DNA of 64,000 bases from Eledone cirrhosa. Its lineage: Eukaryota. Below, piece after piece: positions 41,702 through 64,000 of this stretch. Every line of letters starts with the position of its first letter. Positions within the stretch are counted from its first letter, which is position 1. Below the pieces are notes generated by a model, which saw only the letters and a program-made list of their open reading frames with translations, was not told the DNA's origin and searched no databases. Both the position numbers and the translations under genes were made by a program. Location of the stretch: contig OZ024744.1 of assembly GCA_964016885.1 (NCBI GenBank), positions 17,112,001 to 17,176,000 of the forward strand. Reading direction: 5' to 3'.

Positions 41702-41734
41702 AACACTTACGTAATGGAATAAATATATATATAT

Positions 41735-42228
41735 ATATAATAAATGTAATCTGAGTTTATCGAATATTCATAATAACATTTGATTCGTTTGCAATTATGC
41801 AAACAAGCCTCAATTTTATAGCCATGTCAGTAGAATGAACACTTCATTCTTGCTATTGTGTTGGCATGTCAACAGAACTGCAGACACTAATGTTTCTGGG
41901 TATCACCCTCCATCAGTACAGCTCACTGTTCACCTGCCAGTCACTGTGTATTTTTGAAAATAGCATATATTTTCACAAGCTCTGACAGTTTGGCAGGTGA
42001 ACAGTGAGCTGTACTGATGAAGGGTGATAACCAGAAATATTAGTGTCTGCAGTTCTGTTCACATGCCAACACAATAGCAAGAATGAAGTGTTCATTCTAC
42101 TGACATGGCTATACAATTGAGGCTTGTTTGCATAATTGCAAACGAATCAAATGTTATTATGAATATTCGAAAAACTCAGATTTCATTCATTGTATTCAGC
42201 CATGTAGAGCGAAAATTTTCTTTTTTAA

Positions 42229-42230
<2 letters not shown>
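41735..42230. mobile_element. Family I palindrome, second copy (HHRs at 41878-41922 - and 42008-42053 +)
   Basis: Inverted homologue of 13379-13878 with the same central spacer. Confidence 0.8.
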
Positions 42231-42282
<52 letters not shown>

Positions 42283-42292
42283 TATACATATG

Positions 42293-42388
<96 letters not shown>

Positions 42389-42390
42389 AC

Positions 42391-42438
<48 letters not shown>

Positions 42439-42440
<2 letters not shown>

Positions 42441-43490
42441 TAGCGAGAATCGCATTTCGGCTATTGGAAATTAGCGAAAAACACCTTCCGAGATGTGTGG
42501 CAGCGCGCCATAGAAGCTAGTGAACTAGAGCTACAACATAAGTTGAAAGGCCAAACACACTGAGACGATGGTTAAACCATTATCCGCACAGCCATAGAAA
42601 CGACCAAGTAATTCGGGTCAAATAAATAAAATATGATTGAAAATTATACCCGTACTGTCTGCTTAGACAAATGATGTTAAGCTTTTGGTAAGATGATCGA
42701 ACAAGGAAGTCACTTTCTCAACAGGCTTTTAGTTCAGTGCCAAACCAAGGACTTACCGTTATCAAAACCCACGTGGGACTTGACAAGGTGGGCAACCCTT
42801 AGTTTTGGCGGATGAATACAGTATGCGTGTTATTGCAAAATTGCAAAATATCACAAAACGAATTAAGTTCTCAACAGAATGGTTTTAAAATTAACAAGAG
42901 ATATTAATCAGTCAATAGAATTAACTAAAAACAATCAAGAAAATTAACTGGTCAATAGCTAGACTCTGGAGATTAATACAAATATAAATTAGCGAGAATC
43001 GTATTTCGGCTATTGGAAATTAGCGAAAAGCAACTTCCGATATCTGTGGCAAGCGCTCCATAGAAGCTAGTGAACTAGAGCAACAACATAAGTTAAAAGG
43101 CCAAACACACTGTGATGATGGTTAAACCGTTTTCCACACAGCTATAGAAACGACCAAGTAATTCGGGTCAAATAAATAAAATATGATTGAAAATTATACC
43201 CGGACCCCTGGAAGGTTGGTAAAATCCAGCATTTGGGTTTCTGCAACTCCTAAATCAAGTACTGTCTGCATATACACATGATGTTAAGCTTTTGGTAAGA
43301 TGATCGAACAAGGAAGTCACTTTCTCAACAGTTTTTAGTTCAGTGCTAAGCCAAGGACTGACCGTTATCAAAACCCACGTGGGACTTGACAAGGGGGGCG
43401 GATGATTTCAGTATGCGTGTTATTGCAAAATTGCAAAATATCAAAAAACGAATTAAGTTCTCAACAGAATGGTTTTAAAATTAAAAATAT
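42439..43490. repeat. Diverged tandem dimer, ~550-bp unit
   Basis: ttagcgagaatcg..ggctattggaaattagcg occurs at ~42439 and ~42989; the copies differ by indels. Confidence 0.8.
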
Positions 43491-43499
43491 ATATATATA

Positions 43500-44183
43500 T
43501 ACGGATATTACAATTCAATCGATACTCATATAGGAAATCATTGAACTGAATTTACTTGCGGTTGACCCAATGTTTCCAATTTACATCGTCAAATTGAGAT
43601 TTGACCAATATAACATTTGTTGTTTTGTAACCTAACTTTCGGTGAATACTGTGTTGGTATATATATATTTTTTCTTGAACTCGCGTCGGAGTGTGTGAGT
43701 GTGTGTGTACTCACTCACACTAACTTGGACCGACTGTAATTCTACAGATTTGATGTTGAGATTAGACCCGTCCAGCGTCTTTTACAGCTATTGAGAGATA
43801 GAGACTTGATAGTTTTATAACCGTAACTGAAGACGATAGCAGACGACGTATTTTTGTTGCTTAATCTTCATATGGGAGACAAAACTTTAGTGAGTGAACA
43901 TCGTTAAATTTTCTCCCTCATATCAAGGATTTGAAGACAATTCATTTTCACCTGACGAGTTCAGTGATAATCGATCATGGCCACACGATCGATCTCTTAT
44001 TGAAACATGTGTCGTGATTAAAATGATTGGAAATTTATACTATGCCTTCTTTTGATACAAATACTCCGTTTTACATAATCTAGCTGTTCCCTCGAATGGA
44101 ATTGGAGATATACAAAAGCGTGGAGAACTTAATATTGCTAACAAAAGTTTATTGGACCGTATGACACAACCAATAATACACCT

Positions 44184-44190
<7 letters not shown>
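43500..44190 (+). mobile_element. Family E copy, HHR at 43948-44017
   Basis: Same ends as the other two family E copies. Confidence 0.8.
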
Positions 44191-44259
<69 letters not shown>

Positions 44260-44272
44260 ACATATATATATA

Positions 44273-46273
44273 TACCACCCTTGTATAGGCTCCGAAAATC
44301 CCATAAGACAGCCGAAGACAGGACCACCAACAAGAACTGTATGCGGAGCCAATATCGCTAGCAACTACAGGATCTCCTACTTCCTCTCGATGGTTATACG
44401 CCCCATAATTAAGTTGTCCCCAGATGTATGTGACAGTACAGAGGACCTCCTCAGCAGAATTAATGAGTGCAACAAAAACAAAAACCTACCTAACTGCATA
44501 ATAGGCAGTATGGACGTGGTATCACTATACCCATCCATTAACATTGATATTTCTGTGGAAGAATGTGTGGATATGATCATTGAGAGTGAGGTGGAGTTCT
44601 GCGACCTCGTCACAGATGAACTGGGCCTCCTACTTAGACTTACGTATGACACCGAGTACCTAGATAGTCATGACCTTAGCCGTTTCTGCCCCAGTAGACC
44701 CATTAGAGGTAGACCCCCACCATAACCTCAATGGCAAAAAAAACTCCCATGGGAAGGTGGAATGAGTGGACCAAAACCATATGGACACTAAAAAACAATG
44801 ATCAGGTGAGAAAAATGGTCGCGCATGCAATTTAGTATTAAAACTACCCTAAAGGGCCATGTGTTTAAATTCAATGAAAAAAATCTACAGCCAGAATGAG
44901 GGAGCAGCCATTGGCGTCAGCATAGCTGGTGATGTTGCCAATCAATTTATCGTATGGTGAGAAAGGAGACTCAAAGATCTTCTTGAAGAAACCTCCATAG
45001 ACCTCGCCATGTGCTCTTACGTAGACGATATTAATATAGTAATAAGAACACCTCCACAAGAGAGTACTAATGAACATTATTTAGAATATAGCACACTGGA
45101 AAGCATCCAGTAGCTAGCTAACTCCATACACCAGAGTAAAACTGTAACTGTTGACTACCCTTCCAAACACCCTAACAGTAGACTAACTGTATTAGACACG
45201 GAACTCTGGATTAAAACTATAGACGAGAGGGCACAAATTCTCCACTCACACTATGCTAAACCCTGAGCCTCCAAATACCTAATACTCAAAAACTCAGCAA
45301 TGTCCAGTAGTGCTAAGTTTAATATTCTGATCGCAGACTTGGTACGAGTGATAAAGAACGTGTCCCGCATGTGCGACCCAACATAAATGGAAATACACCT
45401 CCAACACTTCATCAACCGCATGCAGTTCTCTGGCTACAACCAAAGAGACAGAATCAGAGTATACAAGGGAGCCACGGAGAAGTATAAGACCTTCATAGAA
45501 ATGGACATGAAAGGAATTTGCCCATTATACAGGAGCAAATCATGGAATAGCTTAGATAGGACTAAACATATTATAGGGAAATCCACCTCATGGTACGACA
45601 ACCAGAGATACCAGAGTGTCATGTTCCTGGATGCTACCCCTGGGAGAAGGGGGGGGGGGGGGTAAATTAGCTAAGCAATGTAGAAAGGCCCTAAGAAAAA
45701 CCCACTTAAAAATTAAAATGGTAGAAAAGCTAGGAACTACCATAAAATCCCTGATCAGCAAAACATACGCCTTTAAGAAAACCCACTGTACTAATAGGAA
45801 ATGTTTTATATTTAAAGTGAACCCCCAGATAAACTGTAAAGCTAGAAATATAGTCTATAGCATCAGATGTACAGAGGGTACTTGCAGAAACATGACAACG
45901 ACATACATAGGTGAGACAGCTTGAGGCATAGGAGAAAGAATAGACCAATACTGGGGGGAATTAAAAGGACAAAAAACGGTTCAGTACTATACGAACACGC
46001 CAGACAAAAACATGACGGTAACATAGACAACATAGAAATTAAAATAATAGCTAAACGTAGAAATGACCCAACAGGTAGGCAAATTAGAGAAGCAAGCGAA
46101 ATAGAGCTTAGAAAACCAAGGTTAAACAGAAAAAATGAATGGAATAACAACAACCATACTCAAACAAGCAATACTGACTTAAGAGAAATATAAATAAATA
46201 AATAAAATAAAAATGGCATGAAAATTACTGTACATCACAATAACAGACGTGCAACGAAAGAACTTTGTTAGAC

Positions 46274-46275
<2 letters not shown>
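44273..46275 (+). pseudogene. Degenerate YVDD-type PLE (RT plus GIY-YIG), family B-related
   Basis: GSMDVVSLYPSI, GAAIGVSIAG, YVDDI (tacgtagacgat), RMQFSGY, PLYRSK, NCKARNIVYSIRC..YIGETA, RLNRKNEW; multiple stops and frameshifts. Confidence 0.9.
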
Positions 46276-46351
<76 letters not shown>

Positions 46352-46352
<1 letters not shown>

Positions 46353-46615
46353 TAGAAAGAGAAGTTTTTTTTTTTATTTTTTTTTTTAGAAAATGAAAAA
46401 TAACCGAGGTGTCCTACACGAGTGAAAGTATAAAGATAAATATATATATTTATTTGGTTCCTTTACCGGTTTCAGATGTGAGAAAAACCACAGACCCTCC
46501 ATCTCAACTCTACTTTTGAAAAGCAGAAGAACTGCGAAACCGGTAAAGGAACCAAATAAATATATATTTTTTAAAAAATAAGACTCTAGTTGCATTTTCG
46601 ATTTCATCTTTTTTT

Positions 46616-46620
<5 letters not shown>
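46352..46620. mobile_element. Family H short palindrome
   Basis: Minus arm with tail (46352-46472) and plus arm ending tttctttata. Confidence 0.8.
46513..46548 (+). ncRNA. Minimal type I HHR, U3-A8 core
   Basis: ctt TTGAAAA gcag-aagaa-ctgc GAAA ccgg TA aag. Confidence 0.78.
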
Positions 46621-47144
<524 letters not shown>

Positions 47145-47148
47145 ATAA

Positions 47149-47196
<48 letters not shown>

Positions 47197-47406
47197 ATAT
47201 ATATATATAGATGAGATTCTACAGGACTAGAACTGTTTCATTCATTAGAAATCATCAGGAATCTGGGTATCAAAAAATAAATATGGTATTTATACATACG
47301 TGTATATATGTGTGCATATATGTGTTTATATGTATGTATGTGTATATGTATGTTTGTATGTGTGTTTGTATGTGTATATATATATGTATATGTATATGTA
47401 TATGTA

Positions 47407-47505
<99 letters not shown>

Positions 47506-47693
47506 GTGTATGTGTGTGTGTATGTATTTGTGTGTATATTTTTTTATGTACATGTATATATTTGTGTGTATGTATATATATATATATATATATATGTATA
47601 TACATATGTATATGTGTATGTGTGTGTATGTGTGTGTGTGTATATGTATATATGTATATGTGTGGGTGTGTGTATATATGTGTGTATATATGT

Positions 47694-47743
<50 letters not shown>

Positions 47744-47900
47744 GTGTGTGTGTGTATGTGTGTATATATATATATGTGTGTGTGTATATATATGTGTATA
47801 TATATATATATATGTATGTATGGTGCTCTTTCCTTATATTTGTGTATGTATGTGTATGTGTGTGTATGTGTGTGTATATATATATATGTATATGTATGTG

Positions 47901-50330
47901 TAGGAGGTGAGTTTTATTGTAGTACAATAAAGCAATGCAGATATCGGATAAGAAGCACTCTACAGTTTGTGGGACTGGAGTATGCATAATATAAGATCAA
48001 AAGATGGTTAAAGGAGTTCAATATATTTTATTATGCGCATTTCAAAAACAAACATCATCAAACAATAATATTTGTGTTTTCATCAGATAAAACAGGAGAA
48101 CATGATATGAAGGCTAAAAAAACACTTGTTGATAGTGCAGTTTTAAATCAACATATGAAAAGTGGTTTTAGATTGATGTGTGATATTGGGAAAAATATTT
48201 TATTTAGAGAGGGGGGGAGAGAAAAGGATGAAAAGGGAAGGAGATGAGAGGGAGAGATGGGTGATAGAGAGAAAGAGATAGTTTTTATAACAGAGAGGAG
48301 ATATATTTTATATAGAGGGGTTGAAAACCGTTGGAAGATACTGTATAAATTAAAAATTTTGAAAATTAACGAAGGGAGGATATGTGCGAGGAAAAAATAT
48401 ATTATATTTAGGGAGGGGTGGGGGTGGAAAGGATGAAAAAAAAAATCCAACTCTAAATCAAGAAACTATTATTCCTATTATTCCTATCGCAAACAACTTC
48501 TCCAATCCAATTCCTTCTATAGATAACACTAGATCACTCATTAATAATCTCTCTAATTGCAACTGCCGCATTAAAAATAAATGTCCTCTCAACAACCATT
48601 GCCTCGATAAAAACTTAATTTATGAATGTAAAATTATAACTAGCACCAATTCCTTCACCTATTTTGGCTCCACTTCCACCTCTTTTAAAGCTCGTCTCTA
48701 TAATCATCATTCATCTTTCAAATACAAACTTAAAAGAACTAACACTGCTCTCTCAGAACTCATATGGTCCTTAAAAGACAAAAACATTAAATATAACATC
48801 TTTTGGAAAAAGATTTCTTCTGCATCCTCGTACTTGAACAGTTCTCTATCTAAAATCTGTAATCTCTGCCTAAATGAAAAATTTACCATTATCTCTAACC
48901 TAGAATCCATAATAAATAGACGCTCGGATTTGTTTTCCATCTGCCTGCATAAATTCCATAGAACTTTTCACAAAGTATACAGTTAATATTCAATTCTTTA
49001 TCAATTTAGAATCTTTTCTCAAAGGCACATATACATACACCTCTTTAAAATATACCCATCTACCTTACTTTAAAGGGCATTATACACTCTATAATACTCG
49101 TTCACTCATTTCCCTCATCCTATCTTCTCGTAAAACAATAACATTTGTTTTTGACATTTTGAATATTCATCCGCAATCATTATTATTTTTTTCCCTCTAT
49201 CATAAATCTTTTTAATCTCAATTTCATCCTTAATTTATTATTATATATTTTTTTTAATATATACTCATATATTCTTTAAAATATACCCATCTACCTTACT
49301 TTAAAGGGCATTATACACTCTATAATACCCGTTTACTCATCACCCTCATTATATCTCCTCGTAAAACAATAACATTTGTTTTTGACATTTTGAGTATTCA
49401 TCCGCAATCATTATTATTTTTTCTCTCTATCATAAATCTTTTTAATCTCAATTTCATCCTTAATTTATTATTATTTTTTTCTCCCCATCAACGAACTCAT
49501 TATTAATACATATGAATTCAATATAAAAACTTTAACTTCACATTATTTTTCTCAAATCCTACACATAAACTTTTTCTCTTTGCTAATTTTAAAATTCCTA
49601 CATTTCTCCTTTTGACGTTAGAATATTCACCCACAATTATTATTTTTTTTTTCTCTCTATCTCCATACATAATCTCCCTTCGTTATTTTTTTCTCTCTAT
49701 CTCCATACATAATTTCCCTTCGTTAATTTTCAAATTCCTTTAATTTATACATTATCTTCCAACGGTTCCCAACCTCTCTATATTAAAACATTATATCTTT
49801 TTCTCAGTTATAAAAACTATCTCTTTCTCTCTATCACCCATCTCTCCCTTTCCACCTTCACTCTCATCTCCTCCCCTTTTTTTTCATCCTTTCCACCCCC
49901 ACCCCTCCCTAAATATAATATATTTTTTCCTCGCACATATCCTCCCTTCGTTAATTTTCAAAATTTTTAATTTATACAGTATCTTCCAACGGTTTTCAAC
50001 CCCTCTATATAAAATATATCTCCTCTCTGTTATAAAAACTATCTCTTTCTCTCTATCACCCATCTCTCCCTCTCATCTCCTTCCCTTTTCATCCTTTTCT
50101 CTCCCCCCCTCTCTAAATAAAATATTTTTCCCAATATCACACATCAATCTAAAACCACTTTTCATATGTTGATTTAAAACTGCACTATCAACAAGTGTTT
50201 TTTTAGCCTTCATATCATGTTCTCCTGTTTTATCTGATGAAAACACAAATATTATTGTTTGATGATGTTTGTTTTTGAAATGCGCATAATAAAATATATT
50301 GAACTCCTTTAACCATCTTTTGATCTTATA

Positions 50331-50333
<3 letters not shown>
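47901..50333. mobile_element. Family F two-armed insertion (minus arm 47901-48445 with tail; plus arm 48446-50333)
   Basis: Inverted arms; EN coding at 48446-48986. Confidence 0.9.
48446..48986 (+). pseudogene. PLE GIY-YIG endonuclease fragment
   Basis: CNCRIKNKCPLNNHCL..NLIYEC..YFGST..FKARLYNH..CNLC; close relative of 9776-10666. Confidence 0.9.
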
Positions 50334-50412
<79 letters not shown>

Positions 50413-50459
50413 ATGTATGTATGTGTGTGTGTGTGTTTGTATGTGTATATATTTGTTTA

Positions 50460-50522
<63 letters not shown>

Positions 50523-50656
50523 ATGTGTATGTATGTATATATGTATGTGGTTATATATATGAATGTATATATATATGTATTTGTGTATATATATATGTGT
50601 GTGTATGTTTATGTGTATGTGTGTGTATATGTATATATATATGTGTGTGTATGGGG

Positions 50657-50726
<70 letters not shown>

Positions 50727-50895
50727 ATGTATATATGTGTATATATGTATATATATATATATATATGTATATGTGTATATATATATATATATACATATGT
50801 ATACGTATGTGTGTGTATATATGTATGTGTATGTATGTATGTGTGTATGTGTGTATATATATATATATATATGTATGTATGTGTATATATATATA

Positions 50896-50942
<47 letters not shown>

Positions 50943-51084
50943 TTGTGTATGTATACATGTCTATGTGTATTTGTGTGTATATACATGTATATTCGTGTTT
51001 GTATGTATGCGTGTGAGTGTATTTATTTGTGTATATATATATGTGTGTGTGTGTGTATGTATGTGTATGTGTGTGTGTGTATCT

Positions 51085-51116
<32 letters not shown>

Positions 51117-51137
51117 GTGTGTGTATATATGTGTATA

Positions 51138-51194
<57 letters not shown>

Positions 51195-51834
51195 TATATA
51201 TGTATGTATGTATGTCTGTATGTATGTGTGTGTACATGAATATATATTTATATATTTTTTTATATATATGTGTGTGTGTTTTTATGTGTGTATATGTGTT
51301 TGTGTGTGTGTTTATGGTTGCGCGTAAGTGTGTGAGTGAGTATGTGTTTTTTTTGTTTTTTTGTGAATGTGTCTGTAGATTTTTGACATATAGTTGATTA
51401 GTTTAAGAGAAGTTCGAAGATAATAGTAAGATATGAACTCAGTATTTTGAATCTGTCTGCAGAATTCTCTAGACCTTTGTCACTTAGTAGAACCTTAATG
51501 ACTTTAGCTTTTAAAGAATCTCCCTTTCTTTAATTCTATCGACCATGACTGACCCCCCACTGATTTTATAGACATCTGTTAGCTTAAGAGAAACTTATTG
51601 ACAAGGAATGGTATGCCATCCGGAACCTGTTTATAGAATTCTGTCTGCCCTTGTTACTCTAAAAACATAAATAAATAAAAATAAAAATAAAAATAAACTA
51701 TAGCTTTGTAGAATTAGCTTTTAATGAATTCCCTTTTCTATCAACCAATGACCTGCACCCATCCCACTCCCCACCCTCTCCTACCACTTGTAGAGACCTA
51801 TAAATACCATATTTATATTTATTTTTTGATACCC

Positions 51835-51885
51835 AGATTCCTGATGATTTCTAATGAATGAAACAGTTCTAGTCCTGTAGAATCT
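51835..51885 (+). ncRNA. Type I HHR of family K (mirror at 47214-47264 -)
   Basis: agattc CTGATGA t ttc-taat-gaa t GAAA cag-ttctagtc-ctg TA gaatct. Confidence 0.78.
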
Positions 51886-51967
51886 CATCTATATTAAAAC
51901 TGTTATACTCTGCTATGTATTGAGTACCTTACTTACTGTGGTTACCTCCGATTCAACCCGGAATAAC

Positions 51968-54130
<2,163 letters not shown>

Positions 54131-54401
54131 TCTTGAGTGTTTATCTGTATTTTTAACCGCTGATCAAACAATGATAAACATTGATTGCCAAATATATGAT
54201 ATAAAAGATCAGAAGCGAAAACCAACCAAACAGTGAGTGTGTTCTGTTATTATTTCTGGCAATATTATTATTTCTCGAAAATTAAGGACATTTAAATAAA
54301 TCTAGGGTAAAAGACAAATTGTCAACAATATCTTTTGCATTTGCAATCTTTATTCTACGTCCATACCTGCATTCTTTTGGCTTTATTATACATATACAAA
54401 C

Positions 54402-57970
<3,569 letters not shown>

Positions 57971-58955
57971 ATTTTTATTTCTATGTTCTCTAATTTTCCC
58001 TTATGTTCTATTTAGCATGTTGGTGGAGTACTGATGATTCTTTTCTATCTTGAAGCTCTCCCCAGTGTTCATTTAATCGTTCTCCTATTCTACGAGCTGT
58101 CTCACCTATGTACACTATATTCTTACCTTTACATTGTCCTTCAGTACATCTTATGCTCTATACTATGTTTCTAGTTTTATAGTTAATATGGAGGCTTAGT
58201 TTACAGATTATGCATTTCTTATATATACAGAGAGGTCTTTGAAAAGGTATGTATTACTAATAGCTTATAAATTTAGAAGGGCCCTAGATAAACTTAAACT
58301 ACATATTAAGATAGTGGAAATACCAGGTACCTCCATAAAAACATTTATTAAACGTGCTAAAATAGAACATAAGGGCAAATTAGAGAACATAGAAATAAAA
58401 ATAAAATCTACACACAGAAAAGACGCAATGTTTAGACAAATCACAGAGGCAATAAACCTAAATGAACTCCAAACAAAATTAAATAGAAAACATGAATGGA
58501 ATAGCAACATCACAACTTACAATTAAGGACAAAAGGAAAACACATGGAACAAACAACTAACTAGTAACATGTAAATAAACAAATAAATAAACAAATATAA
58601 ACACACACAGACACCCGGATGTAACACATGCGCAAACTAAGCACACAACACACACAAAAACAAGTTGTCGCAGGACAGAACAAAGGAGAGGCACAAAACA
58701 AAGAAAAGAATCCCCAGTCACTGAAAAGGTCACATAATGTGTGACGAAAGAACTTTGACAATATATGAACAACCGTCCGGTTGTGGAACCAACCGACTGG
58801 AAATTTACAAATTTCTAAAATTTCTAAATTTGAGTGAAAGCAACTGGTGCGTGTGTCTCTTATTGGCAACATGACCCTCCCAAAGTATAACAATATCGGT
58901 TTCAACACACGTTTTCAGATAAAGAATCTTGAAAAACAAATTCGGAAACGAAATA
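57971..58955. mobile_element. Family B insertion: inverted EN fragment 57971-58262 (-), then EN end and 3' UTR with tail 58262-58955 (+)
   Basis: Matches 2420-2710 reversed, then 2333-2420 and 2665-3342 forward; HHR at 58717-58759. Confidence 0.85.
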
Positions 58956-59078
58956 TATATATATATATAGGGAAATATATAGGAAAATGTTTAACACCGA
59001 CGGCAGAGCTGAAGCCGTTTCGACGGCTATTTCTGGACTACTTCCCGTATATATATACATATATAAATATATATACAT

Positions 59079-61972
<2,894 letters not shown>

Positions 61973-62190
61973 CCACATACACATCAGTTTGACAAGCGCA
62001 CCTCAGCGTGAAAGGTCTTTCTAAAAACGAAACAATACCTCCTACATTAACCAAGAACTCCTAAGACCTAACCGACAACCAAGAACTTAATTTATAAAAT
62101 AATGTTTTTTAAGAAAAATTCTTTTTGGATTTTGTGAAGAAAATAAATTTGTTGAAAGCACAAGTGAAGCCATTTTTTCTTCCCCCTGTC

Positions 62191-62279
<89 letters not shown>

Positions 62280-62318
62280 ATATATATGTATATATACATA
62301 TATATACATATATATATA

Positions 62319-62381
<63 letters not shown>

Positions 62382-62492
62382 ATATATATATGTATATATA
62401 CATATATATACATATATATATATATATAGATATATATATGTATACATATATATGTATACATATATATATATACATATATATATCTATATCTA

Positions 62493-62556
<64 letters not shown>

Positions 62557-62584
62557 CATATACACATATATATATATATATATA

Positions 62585-63143
62585 TTTATTGGTAAACGGA
62601 AAAGAAAATGGTGACAAATTGTTCACACTGAAAAATAGTTTAATTAGGAATACGTGAGAATTAGTAATAAGTATTGATTATTATTCAGTTTTGGTTTCAA
62701 GTTTTACCTGTTGCGCATTTCTAATGCTTTTCAAAAATAATTTTGAGATAGAGCGTCCGTGATGTTTGCTCTAATCTGACCACGAGATAGAGCGTCCGTG
62801 ATGTTTCCTCTAATTTGACCACAAGAATTTTTGCAAGACGAATTGGCGCGAAACTTATTTTAATACCTCTGGAGCCACTTTTTTCACATAAAAACGGGTA
62901 GAATTTCCAAAACTAATCAGATTAGAGAAAACATCACGGACGCTCTATCTCAAAATTATTTTTGAAAAGCATTAGAAATGCGCAACCGGTAAAACTTAAA
63001 ACCAAAACTGAATACTAACCAATACTATTATTAATTCTCTCTTATTACTAATTAAACTATTTTTCACTGTGAACCATTTGTAAGCATTTTCTTTTCTGTT
63101 TACCAATATATCATAACTTGTGTGTTACACCTCTATTCTTTTA
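62585..63143. mobile_element. Family G inverted plus direct pseudo-LTR, with HHR variant at 62959-62994 (+)
   Basis: ttt TTGAAAA gcatt-aga-aatgc GCAA ccgg TA aaa; mirror at about 62702-62737. Confidence 0.75.
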
Positions 63144-63173
63144 AAGATCATATCCTCACACGAGATACAGAAA

Positions 63174-63875
63174 ATGCCAACAAAAATAGATACAACTCTT
63201 ATCAACACAAATGAAGATATTCTACAGGAACTCAAGAAAATTAACACCAACCTATCTGTGCTGGTCGACAAACTTGACTCCACAAATAAGGAAACCGTCA
63301 CCGGATACAAACCCTCCGAAATCGGCGATAAACTTCAAAACCTTTGCGATACTATCCAAACTATATTCACTACTACCAACCCAGGAAAAACCAACGAAGA
63401 ACCATGTGAGATTGATTCATATAAAATGAAAATTCGAACAATTCCAAAATGGAACAAATCCCTCAGAGACAGAAAGTTCTCATTCTGGAAGATGATACAA
63501 AATCACAACAAAGCCGAGATATATGAAAAATGGCTTAACTCAACCCCTCTAACTCTCCCACGTAAAATACAAATAAAGTCCATTCCAAATGAACCCGAAC
63601 CTCAAAGACACTTTAGGGAAAGAATGACATTGGAAAAAATGAAGACTGAAATTGAACTTCTTAAATTGAGGGCCCAGAAAAATGAGGAAAAAATCGAAAC
63701 CATCGATGAAGAGATCCTCCTGGAAATCAACAATAAAACTGAAGGCCCCAAGGTAGAGAAGATCTCTAAATTATGGAAAGAGGACTGCAATAGAGAAGAA
63801 CTGAAATCCCTTCAACGCTGGGGAAAAAGTGCCGCTTGGTTCCTACACTATGAATCGACTTTTCAAACGGATTAA
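63174..63875 (+). CDS. 233-aa charged, probably coiled-coil protein immediately downstream of the family G pLTR (putative PLE ORF1 or N-terminal domain)
   Basis: Open, non-repetitive frame with ATG 30 bp after the pLTR end; heptad-like ILQELKKINTNLSVLVDKL and LEKMKTEIELLKLRAQKNEEKI; no RT or EN motifs. Confidence 0.65.
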   Translation: MPTKIDTTLINTNEDILQELKKINTNLSVLVDKLDSTNKETVTGYKPSEIGDKLQNLCDTIQTIFTTTNPGKTNEEPCEIDSYKMKIRTIPKWNKSLRDRKFSFWKMIQNHNKAEIYEKWLNSTPLTLPRKIQIKSIPNEPEPQRHFRERMTLEKMKTEIELLKLRAQKNEEKIETIDEEILLEINNKTEGPKVEKISKLWKEDCNREELKSLQRWGKSAAWFLHYESTFQTD

Positions 63876-64000
63876 ACCTCCAATAACCCGTTCATAAAAA
63901 TAGGAAAACCCATAATCGAACCGCACAACAACTTCGCAAACCCCCAACCCACAAACAAACGAAGAAGGAAGCACCACACCGAAGATGAACTTCCCAACCT

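Noticed and set aside
58029-58050. ctgatga at 58031 as an HHR
   Set aside because: It is antisense of family B EN coding sequence and has no stems.

Overview
AT-rich eukaryotic (animal) repeat DNA with no recognisable host gene. The (TA)n/(CA)n density resembles a cephalopod or other mollusc, but that is a weak inference. Almost all non-microsatellite sequence is Penelope-like retroelement (PLE) material inserted, often nested, into (TA)n tracts. Three coding types are present: Hydra-clade-like elements (YRDD RT, CxC-x5-CP linker, C-terminal GIY-YIG), a YVDD-type element family, and a Neptune-like GIY-YIG fragment. All coding copies are truncated or frameshifted. Reading by eye, about 14 distinct sequence families each carry their own type I hammerhead ribozyme (HHR) motif near the 3' end. 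Many of these are non-canonical: compensatory U3-A8 cores, U4C or U4A cores, a mismatched first pair of stem II, or stem II insertions up to about 100 nt. Most insertions are two-armed, with both 3' ends facing outward into (TA)n, and usually only one arm carries the terminal tail. The most striking items are two near-identical non-coding tandem arrays (about 570-bp and 480-bp units) with one HHR per unit. They use the same tail-out geometry but their ends are circularly permuted, which fits retrozyme-like circular or multimeric RNAs copied in trans by PLE RT. Also notable are an 8.4-kb PLE palindrome, chimeric insertions whose two arms come from different families, and a coiled-coil ORF directly behind an HHR pseudo-LTR. 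The many YI/VC/TH-repeat ORFs in the track are microsatellite artefacts. Family letters are my own labels and boundaries are approximate.
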